Shown: one piece after another, positions 1 through 11,586 of the stretch
Position numbering within the stretch: the first letter of the stretch is position 1
Layout of the letters: each line of letters starts with the position of its first letter
NCBI GenBank assembly: GCA_038087875.1
Contig: CM075979.1
Span: 39,990,001 to 40,054,000 of the forward strand
DNA from: Malacoraja senta
Taxonomy: Eukaryota
DNA length: 64,000 nt
Reading direction: 5' to 3'
The notes under the pieces: generated by a model
Told to the model about the DNA's origin: nothing
The model's input: only the letters and a program-made list of their open reading frames with translations
The model's database searches: none
Made by a program: the position numbers and the translations under genes

Positions 1-493
1 GCCGGGCTGTCGGTAGGCCTGTGGGTGCTGCGAGAGGTCGGCCGGGCTGTCGGTAGGCCTGTGGGTGCTGCGAGAGGTCGGCCGGGCTGTCGGTAGGCCT
101 GTGGGTGCTGCGAGGGGTCGGCCGGGCTGTCGGTAGGCCTGTGGGTGCTGCGAGGGGTCGGCCGGGCTGTCGGTAGGCCTGTGGGTGCTGCGAGGGGTCG
201 GCCGGGCTGTCGGTAGGCCTGTGGGTGCTGCGAGGGGTCGGCCGGGCTGTCGGTAGGCCTGTGGGTGCTGCGAGGGGTCGGCCGGGCTGTCGGTAGGCCT
301 GTGGGTGCTGCGAGGGGTCGGCCGGGCTGTCGGTAGGCCTGTGGGTGCTGCGAGGGGTCGGCCGGGCTGTCGGTAGGCCTGTGGGTGCTGCGAGGAGTCG
401 GCCGGGCTGTCGGTAGGCCTGTGGATGCTGCGAGGGGTCGGCCAGGCTGTCGGCCCACCAGTGGATGCTGCGAGGGGTCGGTCGGGCTGTCGG
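1..493. repeat. 40-bp GC-rich minisatellite, ~12 copies, runs off the window edge
   Basis: Unit gccgggctgtcggtaggcctgtgggtgctgcgaggggtcg; last copies degenerate. Confidence 0.97.
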
Positions 494-1032
494 CCGGCCG
501 GTGTTGCAGCGAGCGGGCGGACTGATGGAGCCGGCGCTATGGGGGTGTTGAAGGCGGCCCGGGCGGCGTGCAGGGCAATGCTGCTCCCCACCACCGTCAC
601 TGTGATGATCCAGAAGGGCACGCTGGCCGAGGTGGACTCGCTGAGCGGCCACATGTACGGAGCCCGCAGCCGGTCCCAATGCGGCTGCAGCTCCAGCCGT
701 GGGCAGCTCTGGAAGGGGGGCGAGTTAGGGTCAGTGTAGGGTTAGGCATTTTCCTCTCAATGGAAAATGCCTTAGCCTTCCCCCAGCCTGGCACTGCCGC
801 AGTCCCACTATGGCCGTGACCCCCACTCTGCACACTGGCAGTCAGTGGGGTTCAGTAAACGGGGGAACCCAGAAGAACTGCCCTCACCCATTAATTAGGC
901 TGGTTCATGAGCCGACCTCTGCGGCAGTCTCATTAAAAAAACACACACAATTATATTAATTATATTATTTTTATATTATGTATATTATTATATATATTTT
1001 TATATTATATATGATTACAGTCATATTCACGT

Positions 1033-1154
1033 CATATTACACGATGGGGAGCCTATTTCCGTTGCAGTCTATTTAAACTATATATTATTATATATAATAA
1101 TATATAGTTTAATAAGACTGCAACACGGAAATAGGCTCCCCATGGTGTAATATG
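1033..1154. repeat. ~120-bp near-perfect spacer-less palindrome with AT-rich centre
   Basis: catattacacgatggggagcctatttcc...ggaaataggctccccatggtgtaatatg. Confidence 0.92.
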
Positions 1155-2644
1155 GGCATTGGACACTAGATGGCGCCTACCTTTTTGATCTCATTTTCTA
1201 ATTAGTTTAATTAATTAATGTGCAACTTTTGGCACTGACGAGTTATGACTTCCTTCTCAATTAGATTTAATCTAAATCCGTGCAAAATTCAATGTAGTTC
1301 CGAGAGATGGGTCACGAAAGTTGATTTCTAGACACATTTTTGATGCTCGGCCCTCAGCCTATCGGGAAAGATGAAAGTCTACAGAGACATTGATCAATCA
1401 CGAATTATTACAAAATGCAGAATCCACACGTAACTATTATGTTGTGAGAATATAAAAATGCTGTGGATGCTGCGAATCTTTGATACACTTTGAGTTCTCT
1501 CAGATTGTTTCCCAGTGCGCACTGCTAAGACCGTGAAAAAAACGAATTGTTTCAGAAACTCACCACTGTTCTACGAGATGTTTTATTTTGTGCCTATTCC
1601 TATCTGAGCCATAATTAAGAGGGCAGCTGGGGTCCACGTGAACGCCAGATTCAGGGTATAGGTTTAATTACAAAATTCCCTCCTAAGGTGACTATTGTGA
1701 ATTATTTGCACATGGAGTGAGGAGCATTATAACTGAGGCAGAGTAAAAGGCGGGATGGTGAAATGGACATATACATGACAACTGAAAGAATGAGGGGCAA
1801 CCTAATAAACATACAGAATAGTGAAAGTGGATGAGGAGAGGATGTTTCCACAAGTGGGAGTGTCTAGGGTCAGAGGTCATAGCCTCGAAATTAAAGGATG
1901 TTCTTGTAGGATGGAGATGAAGAGACATTTCTTTAGACAGAGGGTGGCCACAAAAAATGTTAAATGGTGAGTTATTGCAAGACTTTGAAGACTTCAGAAT
2001 AGATTGAGCAGAGAAGGGAAACTGGAGTAATGGGTCTGTTCTCTCTGGAGAGAGTTAAGGGGAGAATTAATAGACATATTTGAAATTTCAAAATATTTTG
2101 ATAAATGAAGCACAGAGAAATCTTTCCAGTGCCATAACATTTAATAATGTGCTCTGAGATAAAAGTACAAGTGGTAGCATGATGAAAGATATTATGCAGT
2201 GGATTGTTCTAATCTGGAACATGAAAACAGATGCAAAAGAATCTTTCAAATTAACGTGTACGAGTGTGGACACAAGAGACTGCATGTGCTGGAATCTGGA
2301 ACAAAAAAATCAACTACTGAAGGAACTTAACGGGTTAGGCTGTACCTGTGGAGGCAGAGGGATGGTTGATGTTTCAGGTTGAGATCTTGCATCTTGATGG
2401 AGAGTGTAAAGGGGAGAGGTGGTCAACATAAAGAGAGGGGAGGGAGGGGTGAAGAAAAGCTGCAGGCAAAAGGTGGAACCAGGTGAGGAGGAGGTTGATG
2501 GGCTGATGGAGTCAAGTGGGGGAGAGGAGGGTGGAGGTAGAGGCTGGAAGGTGATGTGTGAAGGCTCAAAAGGCTAGAGATTCTGAAATTTAATGTTGAG
2601 AAGGTCATGAGTGAATGGGGATGTCCAGTTATAGAATATGAGCT

Positions 2645-2849
2645 AGACAAAAATGCTGGAGAAACTCAGTGGGTGCGGCAGCATCTATGGAGCGAAGGAA
2701 ATAGGCAACGTTTCGAGCCGAAATCCTTCTTCAGGCCCGAAACGTTGCCTATTTCCTTCGCTCCATAGATGCTGCCGCACCTGCTGAGGTTCTCCAGCAT
2801 TTTTGTCTACCTTCGATTTTCCAGCATCTGCAGTTCCTTCTTGAACAAA
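2645..2849. mobile_element. Hairpin (inverted pLTR) Penelope-derived insertion
   Basis: ~80-bp inverted arms; 14-bp TSD atagaatatgagct (2631..2644, 2850..2863). Confidence 0.85.
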
Positions 2850-3414
2850 ATAGAATATGAGCTGATGGCTAAATTTAAATTAAAACTGTATCAGTTCTTG
2901 TGCCAATACAATGTGCTGGAGTTTGGAGACACAAGGGACTAAAGATGCTGGAACCTTGAGGGAAAAAAAAACAAAGGACTGGAGGAACTCAGCAGGTCAG
3001 GCAGCATCTGTGGGGAGAAATGACAGGCGATATTTCCCTTCTTCAGGAGTAAGAAGGAGAAAGCTGAAAAAGAGAGGTAAAGATGGGGCCAAGAGATAGA
3101 TAGATATGTGTTGGGGGGGGGGGGGGGGTGGGGGGAGGAATTGGCAGATGGAAATGATAGTGGCAATGGTTAGAGATAAAAAGGAGACAAAGGGAAAAAG
3201 GAGGAGAGAAATGTAGCACCAGAGGGAGGGATATGGGTAGAAAGGGAAAGGAGGGGAGAGAAACGATGGGAGAATATAAATGAGAGAGGAAAGGGTTCAG
3301 AGATGAGCATGTGAAGGAGGGGAAAGGAACAAGGTGACGGGGGAGGGTGGTGCACACACCAAGGTGGAAGTGGGCGGAGAGCTGTGGGAGTAGGATGGTA
3401 TTATTTGAAATTGG

Positions 3415-3878
3415 AGATTTGTGAAGATTTCAGAGATGTTCCAGGTCGAGGACCTGAGCTACAGGGAGAGGTTGGGCAGATTATGACTATATTCCTTGGA
3501 GCATGGGAGGATGAGAGGTGATCTTAAAGAGGTGTGCAAGATCATGAGGGGAATAGATAGGGTAGCAGCATAACGTCTTTCATCCAGGGAATCAAGAACC
3601 AGAAGATATAGGTTTAAGAAGAGAGGGGAAAGATAATAATGGGAAACTGAGGGCCAATGTTTTTACACAGCGTGTGGTAGGTATGAGCTGCTGGAGGAGG
3701 TAGTTGAGGCAGGTACTGTAACATTTGAAAGTCATTTGGACCTGTACATGGATAGGAAAGGTTTAGAGGGATATATGTCAAATGCGGGCAAGTGGGACTA
3801 GTGTAGATGGAGCACCTTGGTTGGCATAGACAAGCTAGGCCCAGGGACCCGTTTATGTGTTGTGTGACTATGACTCTA
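3415..3878 (+). mobile_element. CR1 LINE 3' fragment
   Basis: SYRERL..LYSLE..RMRGDL motifs; gactatgactct tail. Confidence 0.8.
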
Positions 3879-4221
3879 ATTCAATGTTCACACCATTGAG
3901 TTGTAGGATAACCCAGGAAATATGAGGAGCTGTTCTTCCAGACTCTATGTGGCATTCTGGCAGTAGAGGAGGCCACTGACAAGAAGGGGAAGGGGAGTTA
4001 AAATGGCTGACAAATAGGAGCTCCAGCAGGCCTTGAAGGACAGAGTGAGTGATTGTCTAGTGTATTGATTGTCTAGTCTATGCTTGGTCTCGCCAGTTTG
4101 CAGGAGGCCACCTCAGGAACCGCCGGTGCCTTGCATGAAGTTGGAAAAGATACAAGTGAAGCTTTGTATTACTTGCAAGATGTATTAGGGTCCCTGAATG
4201 CTAGAGAGAGAGGATGTGCAG

Positions 4222-4785
4222 CTTAGTTTAGTTTACAGCTACAGCGCAGAAACCGGCCCTTCGGCCCACCGAGTCCACACCGACCAGCGATCCCCACGCA
4301 TTAACACTATCCCACACACAATAGACAATAGACAATAGAAAATATGTGCAGGAGTAGGTCCTTCGAGCCAGCACCGCCATTCAATGTGATCATGGCTGAT
4401 CATTCCCAATCAGTACCCCGTTCCTGCCTTCTCCCCATATCCCCATGACTCCGCCATTTTTAAGAGCCCTATCTAGCTCTCTCTTGAAAGAAAACCCGCC
4501 TCCACCGCCCTCTGAGGCAGAGAATTCCACAGACTCACCACTCTCTGTGAGAAAAAGAAAAACACACTAGGGACAATTTACATTTACACCAAGCCTATTA
4601 ACCTACAAACCTGTACGTCTTTGGAATGTGGGAGGAAACTGAAGATCTCAGAGAAAACCCACGCGGTCACGGGGAGAACGTGTAAACTCCATAGAGACAG
4701 CACCCATAGTCAGGATCGTACCCGGGTGTCTGGTGCCGCAAGCACGGTAAGGCAGCAACTCTACCGCTGCACCATCGTGCCACCC
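4222..4785 (-). mobile_element. V-SINE-like element interrupted by a CR1 3' end (4321..4555)
   Basis: Same family as 52785..53090, reverse orientation. Confidence 0.8.
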
Positions 4786-5963
4786 CATAGGAACAGGTGT
4801 TACAGCTCTTGCAGTTCCCTTCTTTCAGGGGAAAGTGCCTTAGGAGAGGACTGATTGTGCGGGAAGTGATGAGTGAAGCAGGGATTTGTGGAGGGAGTGG
4901 TCATTACAGAAAGGGTTGGGGACTGTGTGCCTGTTCCAATCTGTGGCACATTTCTCAGCGTTGTACACAAACTGACTGTACACCTGGGTACCTTTTCCCA
5001 GCAGACAGGATTGCTCAGAGCTAGAGCCAACAATGTGTAAGATTGCACTGTTAACTAGAAATAGATTTACTTTTGGCATGACCCTGTCTGTGCTTATGAT
5101 TTATGTAAGCTCTAAACCATAGTTGTGTTGCTGTATGATTTAAGATACTGGACGTTTGCTGCTTATGAATTGGTATTAGTTTATTTTTGTTACATGTGCC
5201 AAGACGTGTGTCAAGGGTTACAGAGAAAAGGCAGGAGAATGGGGTCAGGAGGAAGAAATAGATCAGCCATGATTGAATGGCAGAGTAGACTTGCCTAATT
5301 CTGCGCCTATCACATGACCTTATGACACAGTGAAAACATTTGTTTTCTATGCTAGGTTTTGGTTTATTATTGTCACGTGTATCATGGTATAGTGAAAAGC
5401 TTTGTTTTGCAAGCTATTCTGGGAGATCAGATATACTATCTATAGATACATTCAGTTCAAACTCAACTACAATAGATAAAGCAAAGGGGAAGATTCAGTG
5501 CACAATATAGTTCTCAGCATTGTAGCGCATTGTAGCGCATCTGCTGCAGAGACAAAGTCCACTGGCCTCAATACGGTAGAAGTGAATTGAACAGAACCCT
5601 AGCTTGTGGAATTGCTATCCAGGTAAATCGTAACAAACATGAGTGCAATCATACGATGCATGAATATAACAGGGGGTGCAAAGGGAAAAAAGAAGCAGAT
5701 GGCAGAATATAGTGTTACAACTATAACGAAAGTGCAGATTTAAATAAAAGGGCAAGGGGTGCATTGAGGTAGATTGGGAGAGCAGGAACTTAAGAGAGGT
5801 CTGTTCAAATGTCTTTTAACATTGTGGTACGTGCCTTCAAGGTTTTGTACTGTCTGCCTGGAGAGAGTGGCCAGGGTGTGAGTACTCCTTGGTTAAGTTG
5901 GCTTCTTTCCCAAGGCAGCCAAGGAAAGTATCTTAAACGACACATGGTGCTATATTAACTTAC

Positions 5964-6068
5964 CACATGAATAAACTGGACAGCAGTACCCTTCTAGAAT
6001 CTTTGATGATGCTTTAAATCCAAGTTTACATTGGATTCCATTCTGAGGACAGAGGCTGTTATCACACC
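5964..6068 (-). CDS. Mucin exon: VWC (RCDNSLC...CKLGF...CCPVYSC)
   Basis: tctag/gtaag, 105 bp; last exon I could find in the window. Confidence 0.9.
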
Positions 6069-6371
6069 CTAGATAAATCACAACAAATGCATGAATTAAG
6101 CAACATTATTGTAAATTAGTGGCAAGCTATTTCTGATGCTATCTGATTGAATAAAATGTGTTGGCCTGAATTCTGTGGGATGCAGAATTGTCTTCTACAA
6201 TGATGAGCAACTTTGGGGTTTCCGTGCATACCTGGATTTCCCTGAGATGTGAGAAGCCGGGAAATGTGAAGATTCACTAATTTCCCATTACTTATGCACA
6301 CACTGGTGTAGAGATTTGTTCTTCATTCATTTCAGCAGAATAATAGCTGCTGGGTGTGGGACAAGCATTGT

Positions 6372-6914
6372 TTGGTTTAGACTTTAAAACTTTAGACTTT
6401 AGAAATACAGTGTGGAAACAGACCCTTAGGCCCATCAAGTTCATGCCGACCAGTGATCCCCGTACACTAGCACTATCCTACACACCAGGGACAACTTACA
6501 ATTTTACCAAAGCCAATTATCCTACAAACCGGTACGTCCTTGGTGTGTGGGAGGAAATTGGAGTACCTAGAGAAAACCCACGCGGTCATGGGGAGAATGT
6601 ACAAACTCCGTACAGACAGCACCCGTAGTCAGGATCGAACCTGGATCTCTGGTGCAGTAAGCCAGTAAATCTACTGCTATGTAGTGCGTGGGTCTCGGAA
6701 TTAAGCACAAAGTCGTGTTTTGAGAAGCACTTTTTATTATGATCCTCCCAGTTCTAGGGAAGACCAAACGAGAGGAAGATGGCACCCAAAACCCCTGCCT
6801 TTAAAGCCTCCGGCTAAGGGCCGCCTCCGGACTGAACCACTCCTGTGCCGAGGGGTTCGACACTATGATGGCACGACCCTTGGGAGCCGCCACAGCTATG
6901 CCAATATGCCACCC
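6372..6914 (-). mobile_element. V-SINE-like element interrupted by the solo LTR
   Basis: V-domain and head on the minus strand. Confidence 0.8.
6680..6894 (-). mobile_element. Solo LTR (215 bp) inserted in the 5' end of a SINE
   Basis: TG...CA termini, GCTA 4-bp TSD (6676..6679, 6895..6898), minus-strand TTTAAA and AATAAA; SINE resumes after it. Confidence 0.8.
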
Positions 6915-8413
6915 TGTCCACGTAGACATCACATCATGTTTGAATTTATCTAGTTTCTATTTGATTTAGATTCTAATTTTTTGGTGTTATGAAGTTTGTT
7001 GATTTAAAAAGTTTGCAATACATTATTTCTTGAAATAGATTTTTAAAACTGATGGCTGAGCATTGAGCATTCAGTTTCTGACAGCTTTTGACAGTTTCAA
7101 CTAAGGCAGACAACATGGCTGTTCTCTTCTTTCCCAGGGCGGGGGTTTACTCTGGCTCCACATTGACAGCATCACATTGTGGAAGACACTGCTAATGTCT
7201 ACGGCATTGTCAACATTAGGTTGGATTAGGTCATCTGTTCAGTGGTTAGCACGATGCTAACCACCAATTCTGTACAGTCGTTGTAACTCCAAGTGTCTGA
7301 GTGTCAGTGAAATACTTGTCTATCTTTGAGACGACTTTGCAGAATGCAGAAAGTCTGGTCATTTGCAGGACAATATAGGAAGGATGCAGAGCAGAACTCT
7401 GCATTTCCGAATCCGTTAGTTCAGGTGAAAACTGTGACAGCTTAAGTGTGTACCTTTGCATTGACCATGAAACAATCACATAATCATTTCCTTCAGAACA
7501 GAGCTACAACTAGTCAGGAATGACCAAGGTCAATGGGAACCTAAAGCTTTATTGAATCTGCCATCAATCTCATATTCTTATAGGACCTGAAACCTTTCCC
7601 AATCCCAAATTGTATTTCATTTATCCACCTTTAAAGAAGCATTTATTAGCCATACCCAATTGCCTTTGAGAACTGTCCCTTCTCCTCCCACAGTGTTAGT
7701 AGGAGGGAGTTTCAGGACTTAAATCTAGTAATGAATGAACAATGATGTATTTCCAAGTCAGGATGGTGTGTGACTTGGATGGGAATTTGTAGGTGGTGGT
7801 GAACCGACATGCCTGCTGCCTTGCTTGGTGATTGCCTTTTGTAGATGGCATGTAGGTGACTGTTGATCAGTGGCGGAGGAAATGCAGATGCTTGACGGGG
7901 CACCAGTCAAGTGGACTGTTTTGTCTGGGTTGGGGCTACATTTGTGTGTTATTGGAACTGACATACAACATTAATTCCATCTCACTCCTGATGGGCCTTG
8001 GAGGTGGTGAAAAGTATTTTGAGTGTCAGGAGAAGAGTATAATCAAACCGGAGCCTTGGCCTTCTGCTCTTCCCCACCATTCCTGGATCATCGACCCCAG
8101 TTCAATAGCAATGGAGTGGAACGTTGTAACTATGCCAATTCATGGGTCTGCACGAATAAGACTTCATACCAAACTAAAAACTGCAGATAATGGAAATTCA
8201 AAATAAAAACAAAAAATTCTGGAACCACTGCTGACTGTTTCAACATTTTCTTTTCATACGTATGGTGTCAAACACTTTCTGACCAGCAAAATATTATTTT
8301 ATAAAAGGATAGCAGATGGAAGAGAAGCACATTCTCCTTTGATTCATCTCTCGTTAAGGACATTAAATGATATCACAATGAGCTTCCATGTGGTAAAATA
8401 ATGATCAACTTAC

Positions 8414-8591
8414 TGCAGACAGGTTTAGTACAACAATCATCGTCAGGCATGGTTATGTTAACGTTGATAAGTCCGTTTCCATCACAGGGTGGCTCGGGGA
8501 AATGAGAACAACGATGAGGCTGACAGGTGACGCGATGTGTGGTCTTGTCACAGACGCAGTCCTGGCAGTTGAACTTGAATCTTTCATCAAA
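8414..8591 (-). CDS. Mucin exon: VWC (FDERFKFNCQDCVC...CCTKPVC)
   Basis: gctag/gtaag, 178 bp. Confidence 0.92.
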
Positions 8592-9874
8592 CTAGCGAAG
8601 AAAAATACGATTATTATGGCTGGCTGTTGGATTGGGCACTTTGTGTTTTCTGCGCTCTTTAGACAGGATGACCATTCTATCTACACAGATTGTACCATTT
8701 GTACTGCAAGAAATTGCAACATCAATTGATTCACAAGACATGGACAATCCAGACATTATTAGCAATTATCTGTCGTGACAGGAAGCACGTGAACAATTTC
8801 TAAAAGGGTAAAATGTCAGCGTGCCTGTTAATCCTTCACGTAGAATCTCAACCAGGGCTGAATGCTTTCACCCAAATCCTGACTGTTATATTTATTCTTC
8901 ATTCAATATCCCTGTTTTAAAAGGTAACTAATTTCAAACAGCCTTTTAGAAAAGACCAAGGATGACGAATGTGAAGCCAGACCTGCAAGTTTGCGGAATT
9001 CTATATCACTCCTAATACTGATGTTAAGATAAAAGGACACAAAGTGCTAGTGTAATTCAGTTGTGTCAGGCAGTATCTTTGGAGAACATGGATACATTAT
9101 CTGCAGTTTCAAAGACTTTTCTGCTTATCTCCTTAGATTTTCTCAAGAAAATGTAAAAGATACATAAATAATGGCTGGCACAATACACAAAGTGCCCAGA
9201 GGAACTTACCATCTGGGAGGGAATGGGACATCAGTCTGAAGAAAGGTCCCAACCCGAAACGTCATCTGTCCATTGCCTCCCCAGGTGTTGCCTGACTTGC
9301 TGAGTTCCTCAAGCACTTTGTGTTTTGCTCAAGATTCCAACATCTGCAGTTTCTTGTGTTTCTGTATAGAATCGTTTCTCTCTTTCCTCTTTATGATCAC
9401 TTCTGCACAATGGCAATTCACCAAAGTCTTTCCTCTTTCTTTCTTTATCTTTTCTAAACTTGTGCTCACAATGATATTCTTAGATAAATACCAAACTAAA
9501 TGTGGTTTTGTGTAGTGTGGATAGTTGATTTTTTAAAAACATATTATTAGTTCTGTATTTTCTCCTTCACTCTCTTAAACATAATGTGTCCAATGAAGCA
9601 GGGACATCAGGTTGAGAAAAGTAGCTATTGATTTGCACATGATAAGATTACAAAAACAGGAATGAGAAAATAAGCCCGAATCTCTGGAACTTCCCTCATC
9701 AACGGGCGATCTAAACAGATTCTTCATGGCAGAGGCAAATAGATAGTATCAATTAACAAGAGGATAGTCATGAAGGGTTACTTTCTGAACAGAGGAATAG
9801 GCTCAAAGGGCTAACTGGCCTAAACCTGTTCTGAATTCAGAAGTTTGTATCACCTAGGAATAAGACGTCCCATA

Positions 9875-10475
9875 AAGACATACAGTTTGGTATGGGAATA
9901 CGTGGTTTGGGCCATCAATTCCATTCCCACCATCAAACTACCATGCACACTAATCATCTTCATAGTTGAAAACATCAACAGGCACGGTGCCTTACAATGC
10001 TATTACGACAGTGATCGCAACTTCTACTGGAGTGTGGATGGCCGTTGGCTCGCTCGGAGCTTATCCGCCCTTTGACAGGTCTTCTTTTTTGGTCCTGCTG
10101 GGGGTCCACAGCCCCCTCCTCACCTGGCAAACCAGGTGGGGGAGACGGTTTAGTCGCTGACTATCCGACCATGGAGCAGGTAGCACGGGATTACATGGTA
10201 CCCGTGGCGGTGGGAACTCCCCCTGACCTGACCTGACCTACGTTAATCTCATCTTTTATTCTCTCCACGCTCCCATCAATTCTCCCAGGATATTCCACAC
10301 TGGGGGAAATTTACAATGGGCAACTAACTATCTCGTCTTTGGGATGTGGGAGAAAACTGGAGCATCCGGAGGAAACACATGAGGTCACAGGGAGGATGTT
10401 TAAACTCCACACAGACAGCACCGAGGTCGGGATTGAATCTGGGTCTCCAACGCTATGTGGCAGTGGCTATCTACC
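9875..10475 (-). mobile_element. Older V-SINE-like element interrupted by an unclassified insert (~9955..10239)
   Basis: V-domain at 10335..10420. Confidence 0.65.
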
Positions 10476-10781
10476 AACTCTCACAGGTTAGAAGACATTG
10501 TAAAGTACAGTGGATCTTTTGTATCCCTCTGAAGGGGTAGATACAACTTCATTGTAATGGTCGATCTGAAGTGCTGCATCTTTGAGAAAATAGCTCTCTG
10601 AGAATGCGACCCTGGGCTGGGGTGGAAAGTGTACCTCTGGGTCAACAACAATGACAATTAATAACCTGACTCTCGTTATGTATGGTGTTGCAAATTGTGA
10701 ATAATCTCCTTCATGTATTAAGCAAATTTAGTAATCAAAGATTCGTATTTTAATGAGAGCATAATTTTATGAACCTCATAC

Positions 10782-10813
10782 CTCTCTGGGTAATCCATCA
10801 GGCCCGATACATC
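10782..10813 (-). CDS. Mucin 32-bp exon (GCIGPDGLPRE)
   Basis: tacag/gtatg; recalls MUC2 GCVGPDNVPRE. Confidence 0.88.
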
Positions 10814-10948
10814 CTGTAAAAGCAAACACAACAATTGCTTACATAAATTTGAAAGGATTCCATGGACTGGAAGATTTTGGAACAACACAAATAATAAGGC
10901 AAGACATTTAAATAATTTTGAACATAAAGTGAGAGTCACAATATTTAC

Positions 10949-11049
10949 CACATTTATTCACACATAGGTCGGTGTCAGGGCTGAAGAGAATAGTACCACT
11001 GGCGCAGAAACAACCTTCCATGAAGCTAAGACCAGTCAAATCTGAATTG
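10949..11049 (-). CDS. Mucin exon: TIL-4 (FMEGCFCASGTILFSPDTDLCVNKC)
   Basis: ccaag/gtaaat, 101 bp. Confidence 0.88.
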
Positions 11050-11193
11050 CTTGGAAATATACATACATAATATATATTAGTACGATGCATTTATTTTGAA
11101 CTATGGCAACAAATAAATTAAATGCATTTAAACTACTATTATATTTAGATTTGATATCAGTGCAGTGCACTCTATTTCCTGATCATTACTAAC

Positions 11194-11266
11194 CTTGTAG
11201 TGCAAGTAGGTTCTGTTTTAAAGACCTCACATGCTTTATAAATCTTGTTGGAAGGACAATTAAAAG
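11194..11266 (-). CDS. Mucin exon: TIL-4 (FNCPSNKIYKACEVFKTEPTC)
   Basis: tacag/gttagt, 73 bp. Confidence 0.88.
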
Positions 11267-11586
11267 CTGTATTGAAAAATAAAAAATCAGATTATTACCA
11301 AACCTACATATTAGAAGAACTTAAGCTTTTTGAAGGATAAAGGATTAAAACAAAATTAAGTAGTGCACATTGGGTCTTTGAGATGAGAAAGTCACACCTT
11401 TCTGTTCATGCTAAGAATACAAGCTAATATAATTGCATTTAGCATATTCTAACAATACACATGATTATCTGGAACCTGCAGCCCCTGGACCTCTCGTTGA
11501 ACATAACTTCTAAATAATCTTCACACAAAATGAGTTGCTCTGCTCAATGTGAGCAAATCTTAGAAAATAGCAAGGTACTCTTATAC

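Larger units (their letters stand above)
2927..4910 (-). mobile_element. Old Penelope-like fragment interrupted by CR1 and SINE
   Basis: pLTR-like end, purine-rich UTR, degenerate endonuclease C-terminus resuming at ~3879 and ~4789. Confidence 0.6.

Noticed and set aside
1-493. CRISPR array or coding repeat (ORF 425..739)
   Set aside because: Head-to-tail repeats without spacers in eukaryotic DNA; the 40-bp period breaks frame and the peptide is unrecognisable.
725-746. TTAGGG-like telomeric seeds
   Set aside because: Only one exact hexamer and no tandem array.
3113-3135. Poly-G runs (also ~53167..53202, ~53984..53997) as functional G-quadruplexes
   Set aside because: Homopolymer expansions in or beside decayed repeats; lengths unreliable.
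1564-5050. Candidate next mucin exons (near 4992..5020 and 1564..1626)
   Set aside because: Splice-like motifs exist, but the peptides lack the expected VCV...Y and VWC/CK cysteine patterns; remaining exons probably lie left of the window.
6116-6301. ORF VCISNGKL... as a mucin exon
   Set aside because: Exons at 8414 and 6068 join directly in frame; no convincing motif.
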